64,000 bases of DNA from Rhizobiaceae bacterium (GCA_051009575.1 JBPCWL010000011.1:3792-67791); one strand, 5' to 3'. Shown: positions 55,649-63,472, counted from the first letter of the stretch. The notes: generated by a model not told the origin, from the letters alone. Made by a program: numbers and translations.

Positions 55649-56077
55649 TCAGGCCACGCCAGACGAAAGATCGAGCGAAACACCATCTGCAATCGATTTC
55701 AGCGATTCCTTGTCAAGAACCCCGAGAAATGCCTTTCTTGCGTTTCCCATCACGCCTTGCAATTTGCATCCGCCTGCGAACACACAAGTAGATTCCCGGT
55801 CGAGCATACATTCCACAATGGCAAAGTCAGCCTCGATAACCCGCACCACTTCGCCAACTGAAATGGTCGCCCCATCTCGCGCAAGGCTTACACCACCTGA
55901 CCTGCCCCGCCGGGAAGTCAATACTCCCGCTTTCACAAGCTTTGCCACGATTTTCATGACGTGAGATTTTACCAGCTTTAAACGCTGCGATATCGCATCA
56001 ACCGTGAGTGGCTTTTTTTCACGACACAAAAGCATCATGATCCTCAATGCAAAATCACTTGCCTGATTTAAACGCAT
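55649..56077 (-). CDS. Rrf2-family [Fe-S] transcriptional regulator (NsrR-like)
   Basis: MRLNQASDFALRIMMLL... from the ATG at 56077 (AGGA RBS). A three-Cys cluster motif (VECMLDRESTCVFAGGCKL) is present. Confidence 0.8.
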   Translation of the reverse strand: MRLNQASDFALRIMMLLCREKKPLTVDAISQRLKLVKSHVMKIVAKLVKAGVLTSRRGRSGGVSLARDGATISVGEVVRVIEADFAIVECMLDRESTCVFAGGCKLQGVMGNARKAFLGVLDKESLKSIADGVSLDLSSGVA

Positions 56078-56137
56078 GACAAATCCTATAATCATTCATT
56101 TACAATGTTGCAATTAGCATTAATCTCGGCTAGTTAA

Positions 56138-56160
56138 AAGATGCAAATAAAATGAATTAT
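56138..56160. promoter_or_regulatory. NsrR-type operator candidate (11-1-11) upstream of the truncated haemoglobin gene
   Basis: The site is AAGATGCAAAT-A-AAATGAATTAT. Against the enterobacterial half-site AAGATGCATTT (recalled from memory), the halves match at 9/11 and 8/11 positions. It lies 11-33 nt upstream of the ATG at 56171. Confidence 0.45.
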
Positions 56161-56170
56161 TACTTTCACC

Positions 56171-56629
56171 ATGACAGAGTTTCCCGCCCGCCCTGCGAGT
56201 TTTCGCCGAACCAGTGTTCACCCGACCATTACGGAAAACCAGATTTCCGCATTGGTTGACCAGTTTTATACCGAGATCCGCAACCATTCTGGCCTTGGGC
56301 CAATATTCCAACTACACTTGGATGGACACTGGGATGAACATCTCGACAAGATGAAATCCTTTTGGCGGTCGGTCCTTTTGCGTAGTGGTGAGTACAAGGG
56401 AAAACCGGTTCCTGTTCATCAGAAACTGGATGGAATTGGAGTTGAGGATTTTGGGGAATGGCTCACACTTTTCGCCCGGGTCAGCCGCGAAATTTTCGAA
56501 CCCGACGCAACACCCCTGGTTGTTCAAGCCGCAGAAAACATAGCCACCAGCCTATGGTTATCAAGAACAAATGATCCTTTTGCTTCACCACCGGATTGGC
56601 CACACCTCACACAATTCCCTTCCAAGTAA
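56171..56629 (+). CDS. Group III truncated haemoglobin (Ctb-like)
   Basis: LVDQFYTEIRNHSGLGPIF...WDEHLDKMKSFWRSVLLRSGEYKGKPVPVHQKL...FGEWLTLF. This resembles Campylobacter Ctb as I remember it. Confidence 0.75.
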   Translation: MTEFPARPASFRRTSVHPTITENQISALVDQFYTEIRNHSGLGPIFQLHLDGHWDEHLDKMKSFWRSVLLRSGEYKGKPVPVHQKLDGIGVEDFGEWLTLFARVSREIFEPDATPLVVQAAENIATSLWLSRTNDPFASPPDWPHLTQFPSK

Positions 56630-56658
56630 GCGAAATACAAAACTGAAAGACAAGTCAT

Positions 56659-56829
56659 ATGAGCACAATTTTCCAATACCTGATCCAAGGTTTCCTGTTC
56701 CCCGGAACTCTTGTCCTGAAGAGGATGGGCGTTGATATCGAGGATGATGGGGGAATATTGCGTTCATTCATCAATATGTGCTTTTGGGGCACACTACTGG
56801 TACTCATGGTCCTGGGATTCAGGGATTAA
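56659..56829 (+). CDS. Possible 56-aa small membrane protein (below the ORF-track cutoff)
   Basis: My own translation is MSTIFQYLIQGFLFPGTLVLKRMGVDIEDDGGILRSFINMCFWGTLLVLMVLGFRD, with two hydrophobic segments. It fills an otherwise unexplained gap. I see no clear RBS. Confidence 0.25.
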   Translation: MSTIFQYLIQGFLFPGTLVLKRMGVDIEDDGGILRSFINMCFWGTLLVLMVLGFRD

Positions 56830-56862
56830 ACAGATACTATTTGAAAAGCCGTTAAAACCGGT

Positions 56863-57381
56863 TCAACGTTCGATGGAAATCCCCAGGGCGACTGCCGCAA
56901 GTATAGCACTTGCAACTGCATTCCATCCTGCAAACGAAAGACCCAGAACCCTGAGAGCCGCATCCGTGCACGAGGGCGGAACAGATTGCTCGAGTTGGCT
57001 AAGGAAATTATCCGTTGTAGTAGCAATCCCCCCTTCCACGACGCCACAGTCCGTGGGGCCTTCCCACCAGCCCCATTCCACTCCTGAATGAAATGCGGCC
57101 AGATAGAGAGAATAAAGCAGGACAATCCCGGTCACCAACATTGCGCCGCGTGAAATGTACGGTGGCCATTTTAAAAACATGGAAATGGTGGCTATCACCA
57201 TCAAAGGAATTCCCAAATACCAAGGCCCGCGCTGCTGGAGACAGAGTTTACAGGGCTGGTATCCTCCGATGTGCTCAAACGCCAGTGCGGAAAGAATCAC
57301 GGCGCACATTCCAGCCAAAACCAGGATGTAGAATTTCTTGTGAGTGTCAGGAATTTGTTTGTTCAGCATCGCGATTCTCAA
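56863..57381 (-). CDS. Disulfide bond formation protein B family (DsbB-like)
   Basis: GGYQPCKLCLQQRGPWY (CxxC in the first periplasmic loop), a second Cys pair (TDCGVVEG...PPSCTD) and 4 TM segments. Confidence 0.75.
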   Translation of the reverse strand: MRIAMLNKQIPDTHKKFYILVLAGMCAVILSALAFEHIGGYQPCKLCLQQRGPWYLGIPLMVIATISMFLKWPPYISRGAMLVTGIVLLYSLYLAAFHSGVEWGWWEGPTDCGVVEGGIATTTDNFLSQLEQSVPPSCTDAALRVLGLSFAGWNAVASAILAAVALGISIER

Positions 57382-58001
57382 AAAACAAATTTGACGGCAA
57401 CAAACCCACCAATTAGCAGGACCATTCCGAGCGTAAACATTAGTCCCAGTCTTTTTTCAATAAACTCGCGAACCGGCTCGCCAAACTTGTACAAAAGCGC
57501 TGACACAAGGAAAAAACGCAATCCCCTGCCAATCACACTTACCACAGCAAACACTAGTAGATTAAGGCCGGTCGCGCCGGAAAAAATTGTCAGGACCTTG
57601 TAGGGAAAAGGAGTAACGGCCGCAAACAACACGCCCCAACCTCCCCAGGTGTTGTACCACTCACTGACCCGGTCAAAGGAATCGGCCTTGCCATAAAACT
57701 TTAATATCGGCTCGCCAAGGGTTTCATACAAAAATGCGCCGATAAAATAACCCAGAAATGCTCCCACCACGGAAGATAGGGTACAAACAACTGCATAAAA
57801 TATCCATTTGTGCCGCTTAGCCAACACCATCGGGATGAGCAGCACATCAGGAGGTATGGGGAAAATCGAACTTTCTACAAAAGAGACTCCGGAAAGTGCC
57901 CATGTCGCCCGTTTGTGCCGGGCCAATTCGAATACCCAGTCATATAACTTCCGGATCATGGCTACCTCTTTTTCGGCTCGCAACTTCTTTGGCGTGTTCA
58001 T
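57378..58001 (-). CDS. DedA/SNARE-associated family membrane protein
   Basis: FVESSIFPIPPDVLLIPM, GRGLRFFLVSALL. It overlaps the dsbB-like start by 4 nt. Confidence 0.85.
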   Translation of the reverse strand: MNTPKKLRAEKEVAMIRKLYDWVFELARHKRATWALSGVSFVESSIFPIPPDVLLIPMVLAKRHKWIFYAVVCTLSSVVGAFLGYFIGAFLYETLGEPILKFYGKADSFDRVSEWYNTWGGWGVLFAAVTPFPYKVLTIFSGATGLNLLVFAVVSVIGRGLRFFLVSALLYKFGEPVREFIEKRLGLMFTLGMVLLIGGFVAVKFVF

Positions 58002-58047
58002 CGCAATCTGTAAAGAAGATAGTCATCCCTCAGCCGCTAATTTTTAA

Positions 58048-58075
58048 TTGACCCGTGCCGCCCCGTGACTATAGT
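58048..58075 (+). promoter_or_regulatory. Sigma70-like promoter for tRNA-Leu
   Basis: TTGACC (58048-58053), a 16-nt spacer, TATAGT (58070-58075). The predicted TSS is about 10 nt before the mature tRNA 5' end. Confidence 0.55.
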
Positions 58076-58091
58076 CGCGCCAGTTCCTTCA

Positions 58092-58176
58092 GCCCCTCTG
58101 GCGGAATTGGTAGACGCGCGGGATTCAAAATCCCGTTTCTTCGGAAGTGCCGGTTCGATTCCGGCGGGGGGCACCA
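58092..58176 (+). tRNA. tRNA-Leu (anticodon CAA), type II with a long variable arm and encoded CCA
   Basis: Hand-folded. The acceptor stem is GCCCCTC/GGGGGGC (one G-U pair), the D arm is GCG-GAATTGGTAGA-CGC, the anticodon arm is CGGGA-TTCAAAA-TCCCG, the variable arm is TTC-TTCG-GAA, the T arm is GCCGG-TTCGATT-CCGGC, and the 3' end is A-CCA. Confidence 0.9.
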
Positions 58177-58270
58177 CTTTCTCATCCTATATAGTCCTAG
58201 AAAGTCTAGTAAACCCATGCTATGTTGGGTTTTTGGGCAGTAAGTGGTCCAATGGCATCCATATTGATGC

Positions 58271-58338
58271 GGGGGTATCCTGATGAATTGGGGGTATAAT
58301 AAGGGGTACAGTTGAGTTTACACAAGTTAGATACCCCC
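58271..58338. repeat. Cluster of GGGGTA(T/C) motifs (3 direct + 1 inverted) just upstream of int
   Basis: GGGGGTATC 58271-58279, GGGGGTATA 58290-58298, GGGGTACA 58303-58310 and the inverted GATACCCCC 58330-58338. The int ATG is at 58359. Confidence 0.5.
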
Positions 58339-58358
58339 AAAAATATGGGACAACACCA

Positions 58359-59540
58359 ATGGCTCTTACAGACGCTAGAATCAGAAACCTGAAACCTAAG
58401 GAAAAACCATATAAGACCGCTGACTACGACGGTTTGTATGTACTCACCAATCCGCACGGGTCAAAGCTGTGGCGGTTCAAGTATCGACTGCGGGGAAAAG
58501 AGAAGCTGCTATCCATTGGCGCTTATCCTGAGGTCAGCCTGATTGAGGCTAGATTTGCAAGAGATGAAGCCAGAAAACAGCTAACTCAAGGTATCGACCC
58601 GAGCGAAAGTAAACGCGAGAAGGTACATCAAGCCAAGATCAGTGACGGGTGCACTTTCGGTAGTATTGCAGAACAGTATGTAACCAAACTTACCAAGGAA
58701 GGCCGGGCAGAAGTTACATTGAGGAAGCTTGACTGGCTTATAGGCATGGCGAATGCGGATCTAGGGCGCAGGCCAATTGCCGAGATTACATCACCTATGG
58801 TGCTGCAAACTCTGAAGAAAACCGAAGCCAAGGGCAATTACGAAACCGCCAGACGGTTGCGGTCAACCATTGGCGCGGTGTTCCGGTATGCAATTGCCAA
58901 CGGCCTGGCAGAGAACGATCCGACTTTCGCCCTTCGTGATGCCTTGATAACTCCGAAGGTTAGATCGCGGGCAGCTATTACAGACTGTCGGCAGCTTGGC
59001 GGCCTAATGAGAGCCATTGATGGATTTGACGGCCAGGCAACTACCAGAATAGCACTTGAGTTCCTTGCCTTGGTTGTCACGCGCCCGGGTGAAGTGCGCT
59101 ACGCGCGTTGGGAGGAATTTGATCTGGAGAATGCAGTTTGGACAATTCCAGCTGAACGCATGAAAATGCGCCAACCCCACAAGGTACCGCTTTCGAAAAG
59201 AGCCTTGGTACTACTTGAACAACTTCACACCCTTACCGGCTGGGGCGAACTTCTGTTTCCATCCATAAAATCAGCCCATCGGCCAATGAGTGAGAATACA
59301 CTCAATGCAGCTCTTCGCCGCATGGGATATACTGGCGATGAAATGACCGCGCACGGGTTCCGGGCAACTTTTTCCACTATCGCCAATGAAAGCGGGCTAT
59401 GGAATCCTGATGCCATCGAACGCGCCCTTGCCCATGTTGAGACCAACAAAATCCGAGGAGCCTATGCCCGCGGCCAATACTGGGATGAGCGGGTCAAGAT
59501 TGCCGATTGGTGGTCGGAATTATTGCTGAATCTACGTTAG
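58359..59540 (+). CDS. int: Tyrosine-type site-specific integrase, P4-like (DUF4102 N-terminus)
   Basis: MALTDARIRNLKPKEKPYKTADYDGLYVLTNPHGSKLWRFKYRLRGKEKLLSIGAYPEVSL. The catalytic region includes HGFRATFST and ...LAHVETNKIRGAYAR. Confidence 0.9.
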   Translation: MALTDARIRNLKPKEKPYKTADYDGLYVLTNPHGSKLWRFKYRLRGKEKLLSIGAYPEVSLIEARFARDEARKQLTQGIDPSESKREKVHQAKISDGCTFGSIAEQYVTKLTKEGRAEVTLRKLDWLIGMANADLGRRPIAEITSPMVLQTLKKTEAKGNYETARRLRSTIGAVFRYAIANGLAENDPTFALRDALITPKVRSRAAITDCRQLGGLMRAIDGFDGQATTRIALEFLALVVTRPGEVRYARWEEFDLENAVWTIPAERMKMRQPHKVPLSKRALVLLEQLHTLTGWGELLFPSIKSAHRPMSENTLNAALRRMGYTGDEMTAHGFRATFSTIANESGLWNPDAIERALAHVETNKIRGAYARGQYWDERVKIADWWSELLLNLR

Positions 59541-59792
59541 GTAACAGCATTTAGCCCATTCGAATCGCTTTCTGAAGCTGTCAAGATGGAAAAAAGAAAA
59601 GATTCTTGTGAAATACTAATAACGTAACCTATTGTTATATATGTATTAAATATTTTTCTTCCTGTGGATTATGTGAAAAACCTGTGGAACCTGCCAGAAA
59701 CCCTTACAAACCAGATTTTTCCTTCTATCCTATGCCTAGTTGACCCAATCTGAGTTCAACCGGATGACCTTGAAAGGCATTCTCAACCTGCG

Positions 59793-59836
59793 AATGAAAA
59801 AGCCGCCAAGACTCACGCACGAGTCTTTAGCGGCTT
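59793..59836 (-). terminator. Strong minus-strand intrinsic terminator with no annotated minus-strand gene
   Basis: The minus strand reads AAGCCGC-TAA-AGACTC-GTGCGT-GAGTCT-TG-GCGGCTT followed by TTTCATT, a 13-bp composite stem. On the plus strand it is not followed by a T-tract. Confidence 0.5.
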
Positions 59837-59970
59837 GTAGGACTAGGTCCCAGCTCTTTGTGTCGAGCAAACCTACCCTACGATGCTTGGAGAAATATTC
59901 AACTGGTTTTTTATGATCAGTTGATAACTTTCTTTAAGCCATTCGCCGAAAATGAAAACAGGCGAATTCA

Positions 59971-60216
59971 ATGGCTGAAAATAGTCAGAAACCTTATACC
60001 TCCCATCCATTTCCGAAATCCGGCTTTGTCCGTCTATCTCATATCCTTGGACCAACTGGTCCCATCCCTGTTTCCAAGTCTACCTGGTGGCAAGGAGTCA
60101 AGGATGGACTGTTTCCCAAACCACAAAAACTGGGCCCCCGCACAACCGTCTGGCGTGCAGAAGATATCCGGGCATTGTTTGAGGCAGGGGACGGTCAAGA
60201 TGACAAGACGTGTTAA
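59971..60216 (+). CDS. alpA: AlpA-family phage/island regulatory (excisionase-like) DNA-binding protein
   Basis: FVRLSHILGPTGPIPVSKSTWWQGVKDGLFPKPQKLGPRTTVWRAEDIRALF, 81 aa. Confidence 0.8.
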   Translation: MAENSQKPYTSHPFPKSGFVRLSHILGPTGPIPVSKSTWWQGVKDGLFPKPQKLGPRTTVWRAEDIRALFEAGDGQDDKTC

Positions 60217-60619
60217 TCTACGGAAGATAAAGTCAGGGCTCCCCTATACCTGCGAGGAAGCAGCGGAAGCACTCAATGTCACGGTTCAAACTGTGAGGAG
60301 TTGGGAAAAGCGTGGTTTGCAAATCATGAAATCCCAACGCCCATATCTGATTTGCGGTGCGGTGTTACGTGAATTTCTGGAAAAGAAACAGGAATCCAGA
60401 AAGCAGCGTCTCGCTGACAATGAGCTATATTGTACCAAGTGTAAAAAGCCGAGAAACCCCTACGGCGATATGGCTGACTATATCCCTTTGAACGACAAAT
60501 CTGGTCGTTTGGTCGGTCTTTGCTCCTTCTGTGAAAAGTACTGCCAGCGTTTTGTCAGTTTAGGCCAACTACCAAAACTTCAAGCTCATATAGAAATCGT
60601 GATCAGGGATGGTTCGTAA
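60200..60619 (+). CDS. HTH (MerR/excisionase-type) + CxxC...CxxC zinc-ribbon protein
   Basis: From the ATG at 60200 (17-nt overlap with alpA): MTRRVNLRK...YTCEEAAEALNVTVQTVRSWEKRGL...YCTKCKK...LCSFCEKYC. The tracked start (59858) overlaps alpA in another frame and was rejected. Confidence 0.55.
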   Translation: MTRRVNLRKIKSGLPYTCEEAAEALNVTVQTVRSWEKRGLQIMKSQRPYLICGAVLREFLEKKQESRKQRLADNELYCTKCKKPRNPYGDMADYIPLNDKSGRLVGLCSFCEKYCQRFVSLGQLPKLQAHIEIVIRDGS

Positions 60620-60677
60620 GACTAATAGATCTATTCACCCCTCCCTTAAACCATCACTTCGAAAGGCATGATGTATC

Positions 60678-61706
60678 ATGAGAAAAATCAACGAGGAAAA
60701 TGAGCGGATAAAGCGTAAATTTCTTCTCTACAAACGTGAAGCTGATGGAAAAGACGCTGCAACCATCGCAAAGATTGCAAGTGCCCTTTTACGATTTGAA
60801 AAGAGTATCAATTATAAGTCATTCAAGTCCTTCAATCACGAGCAGGTAGCAAGCTTCAAACGCAAGCTTACTAGGGAAAAGAACGAGAGGACCGGCAAAC
60901 CTCTGGGCAAATCAACGATAGATGCAATCCTTCGGGAGCTACGGAGTTTCATCCGGTTTCTTGCGGGTCAACAGGGTTACAAATCCAGAATTGCCTATTG
61001 TGATGCGGCATACTTCAACAACAATGCGAAAGACAGCCGAGTTGCCCATGCCCACCGGAATACACGTTACCCAACCCTGGAACAGGCCAAGCATGCATTC
61101 AATCAAATGCCCGCGGAAACTGATATCGAATTCAGAAACAAGGCGCTGTTCGCATTCATCATGCTGACCGGCGTCCGGGTAACAGCGGCATCATCATTGA
61201 AACTGAAACACATAGATCTGACAGATGGACATGTCTTTCAAGATGCAAGGGAAGTGAGGACCAAAAACTCGAAGACTTTCACTACATGGTTCCTGCCAAT
61301 CGATAGCGACTACAAGACCTGTTTCTACGCTTGGGTGAACTACCTTCGTACAGAGAAATTATTTGGAAATGATGATGCACTTTTTCCCAAACCCGATATT
61401 CAACACGTTAAGGGAAAAGGCTTTCAAATCGTTGGATTTTCTAGGGATTGCTACGCCGGTTCAACCAAGATCAGAGATATAATCAAACAGGCATTCAATA
61501 ATGCAGGACTGACCGCATATGCCCCACATTCATTTCGAAAGACAATTGTTTCCTGGGGAACCAAAGCCTACCCGGATCATATCTCGTGGAAAGCATTCTG
61601 CTTGAACATTGGTCACAACGATACAGCAACTGCTATCCATTCCTACCTGCCAATATCACCGGAACAACAGGCAAACCTGATTAAGGGAAAACAAAATCGG
61701 AGATGA
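60678..61706 (+). CDS. Second tyrosine recombinase (phage-integrase family) with an N-terminal SAM-like domain
   Basis: 342 aa. The catalytic set is recognisable: LTGVRVTAASSL (Arg), VRTKNSKTF (Lys), PHSFRKT (His-x-x-Arg), IGHNDTATAIHSY (His...Tyr). Confidence 0.8.
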   Translation: MRKINEENERIKRKFLLYKREADGKDAATIAKIASALLRFEKSINYKSFKSFNHEQVASFKRKLTREKNERTGKPLGKSTIDAILRELRSFIRFLAGQQGYKSRIAYCDAAYFNNNAKDSRVAHAHRNTRYPTLEQAKHAFNQMPAETDIEFRNKALFAFIMLTGVRVTAASSLKLKHIDLTDGHVFQDAREVRTKNSKTFTTWFLPIDSDYKTCFYAWVNYLRTEKLFGNDDALFPKPDIQHVKGKGFQIVGFSRDCYAGSTKIRDIIKQAFNNAGLTAYAPHSFRKTIVSWGTKAYPDHISWKAFCLNIGHNDTATAIHSYLPISPEQQANLIKGKQNRR

Positions 61707-62032
61707 AGGCTGAACACATTGTCTGCTGCGAAGTCCGAAGGATGTTTAGCAATTGACAGCAAAATCATTTTCACTGCCTGCAATCCAACATCCATTCTTG
61801 ATCCTTTGGAGACAATACAGATCCTGCATCTAAGGTCAGCTATGCGGACAAAGTGGACATTCAAAAACTTATACTGAACGTCTGTATTTGGCCCATAGCG
61901 GAAATTCTTTGGTATCTATGGTCACTCCGATACATTCTCAACATACCGGCGTTCAAACGTGACAATTTTGCTTAGGCGAATTATGCTGGAGAAATCAGCG
62001 GTAATTGAGTTCTTCTGAGTGGAGGGTACATA

Positions 62033-62722
62033 ATGTTTCGGCGTTTTGACATATTTGTGAAGCTGCTGGTCACCATCGGAGTATCAGTTTTATACGGCTG
62101 CGTTACGGAAACTTCGAGTAATAACAATAGCACAAAAGACGATACGCTCGCTTACTCAACTCCTGCAGAGTTAGATAAGGGAGAACCGGATGAGGTTCGT
62201 GTCGCTGACGTTATCAACCGATCGAAAGCCCACGTCAAACGTACCGGCGAGATTTATTTGATGCGAGGTCTTGCCAACGTCTTTTCCCGCCGGATTGACG
62301 ATATGGCAACCCAACTACGTAGCAGGGGATATGACGCTGCGAATTTTTCCTATAAACAATGGCCGCAGGTCGCCAAAGATATTGTGCTACGAGCAAGCCG
62401 CAAGAAAGTATCATACCCGGTGATCATTGTTGGCCATTCGCTTGGCGCCAATGAGAGCAGTAAATTTGCAAATAATCTCGCATCCAACAATGTTGAGGTT
62501 GGATTGGTGGTTGCTTTTTTGACCCGGTGGAAACGGGGAAAGTTGGCAAGGGCATCGATAAGGTTGTGAAACTATTATCTTCCAAAATCGGAAGATAGAC
62601 GGCTTGGGTGGCGCACGAAAGCCGATGATAACACCATTCATGCGGCCAGTGACTTTAACGGCAGCCTGAAAAACATAGACGTTTCAACAGAACCCAACAT
62701 TACCCACGTAAACGTCGACTAG
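62033..62722 (+). pseudogene. Decayed lipoprotein of the alpha/beta-hydrolase (lipase-like, GHSLG) type
   Basis: A lipobox is present (VSVLYGC) with the nucleophile elbow GHSLGANE. The frame breaks at the T6 run (about 62515-62520) and again at an A run (about 62568-62571). The sequence continues as ...DPVETGKVGKGIDKVV / NYYLPKSEDRRLGW...ITHVNVD, then hits an in-frame TAG at 62720. The frame stays open for another 74 codons to 62944. Confidence 0.6.
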
Positions 62723-63115
62723 TACCCGCCCTATCAAACTGCAATACTAAGCAGCATTGAAGGACTGACCAAGAAGATAAAGAAGCCTTCTTCAAGACCA
62801 CCGTCAAAAGAGAAGAAAACCGTTAATTGCTTTCATATGGATGAAGACTCCAGCGCTCATAGAGCTAGGCGTCTCGTGTTTTCCGCACCTAGTGCAGTAT
62901 CTCTGATTACGATGGCCAGGAAACGTTATTCAGACGATGGGTAATGAAGCTGCTGCGTGCGATGGAAATTAACTTGTCCTTTAGCAGTGGATATCTCCAA
63001 CTCACGCAGCAGCATCGGAATTCATAATCCACTTGCATGCAAGAACAACCATGAACTAACATTTAAACTGGACCAGTCGAAAGGGCTGATCAGCCCTCGC
63101 TGAATTTGAACGAGA

Positions 63116-63472
63116 GTGAATAGGATGGTTAGAAGTAGAAAATTGGAAGCTGACGTGGCAAAACTTAAAACAGGCTTGCATAAACCCCCGGCTTCCAATC
63201 GGCCAACCAGGAGGAATACCTCAAGAAAAGGCGCCTCTGACAAGAAAAATGAAGCCAATAGAAACAAAAGTGAAAATCCAGACAACGCTGAGCTTCAATT
63301 GAAAGACATAGAGCACGTGTTGAGGGAGCATGGGGTGAAAATTGAAGATTTGAAAGGTTTTTGGGATCAGATCTCTGCAGAACTAAAAGACCTACCCACG
63401 AAAAAACCGCTAGTGACAGCTTTGGGGGCTTTTCTTCTTGGATTCCTCGCTGGTCGCCTGAGCCGAAAGTAA
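63116..63472 (+). CDS. DUF883/ElaB-YqjD-like C-tail-anchored protein
   Basis: A C-terminal anchor (KKPLVTALGAFLLGFLAGRLSRK) is preceded by a helical region (LKDIEHVLREHGVKIEDLKGFWDQISAELKDL). The N-terminus is basic and low-complexity. The ATG at 63125 is a possible start. Confidence 0.5.
   Translation: MNRMVRSRKLEADVAKLKTGLHKPPASNRPTRRNTSRKGASDKKNEANRNKSENPDNAELQLKDIEHVLREHGVKIEDLKGFWDQISAELKDLPTKKPLVTALGAFLLGFLAGRLSRK

Noticed and set aside
59858-60199. Upstream extension of the HTH/zinc-ribbon ORF (tracked as 59858-60619)
   Set aside because: It overlaps alpA in another frame. AlpA has a strong family signature, whereas the extension has none. The internal ATG at 60200 gives a compact HTH protein.
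61643-61864. 73-aa minus-strand ORF; also the 87-aa minus-strand ORF at 63022-63285
   Set aside because: The first overlaps the recombinase 3' end and the second is antisense to the YqjD-like gene. Both translations are Cys/Phe/Leu-rich with no motifs or RBS.
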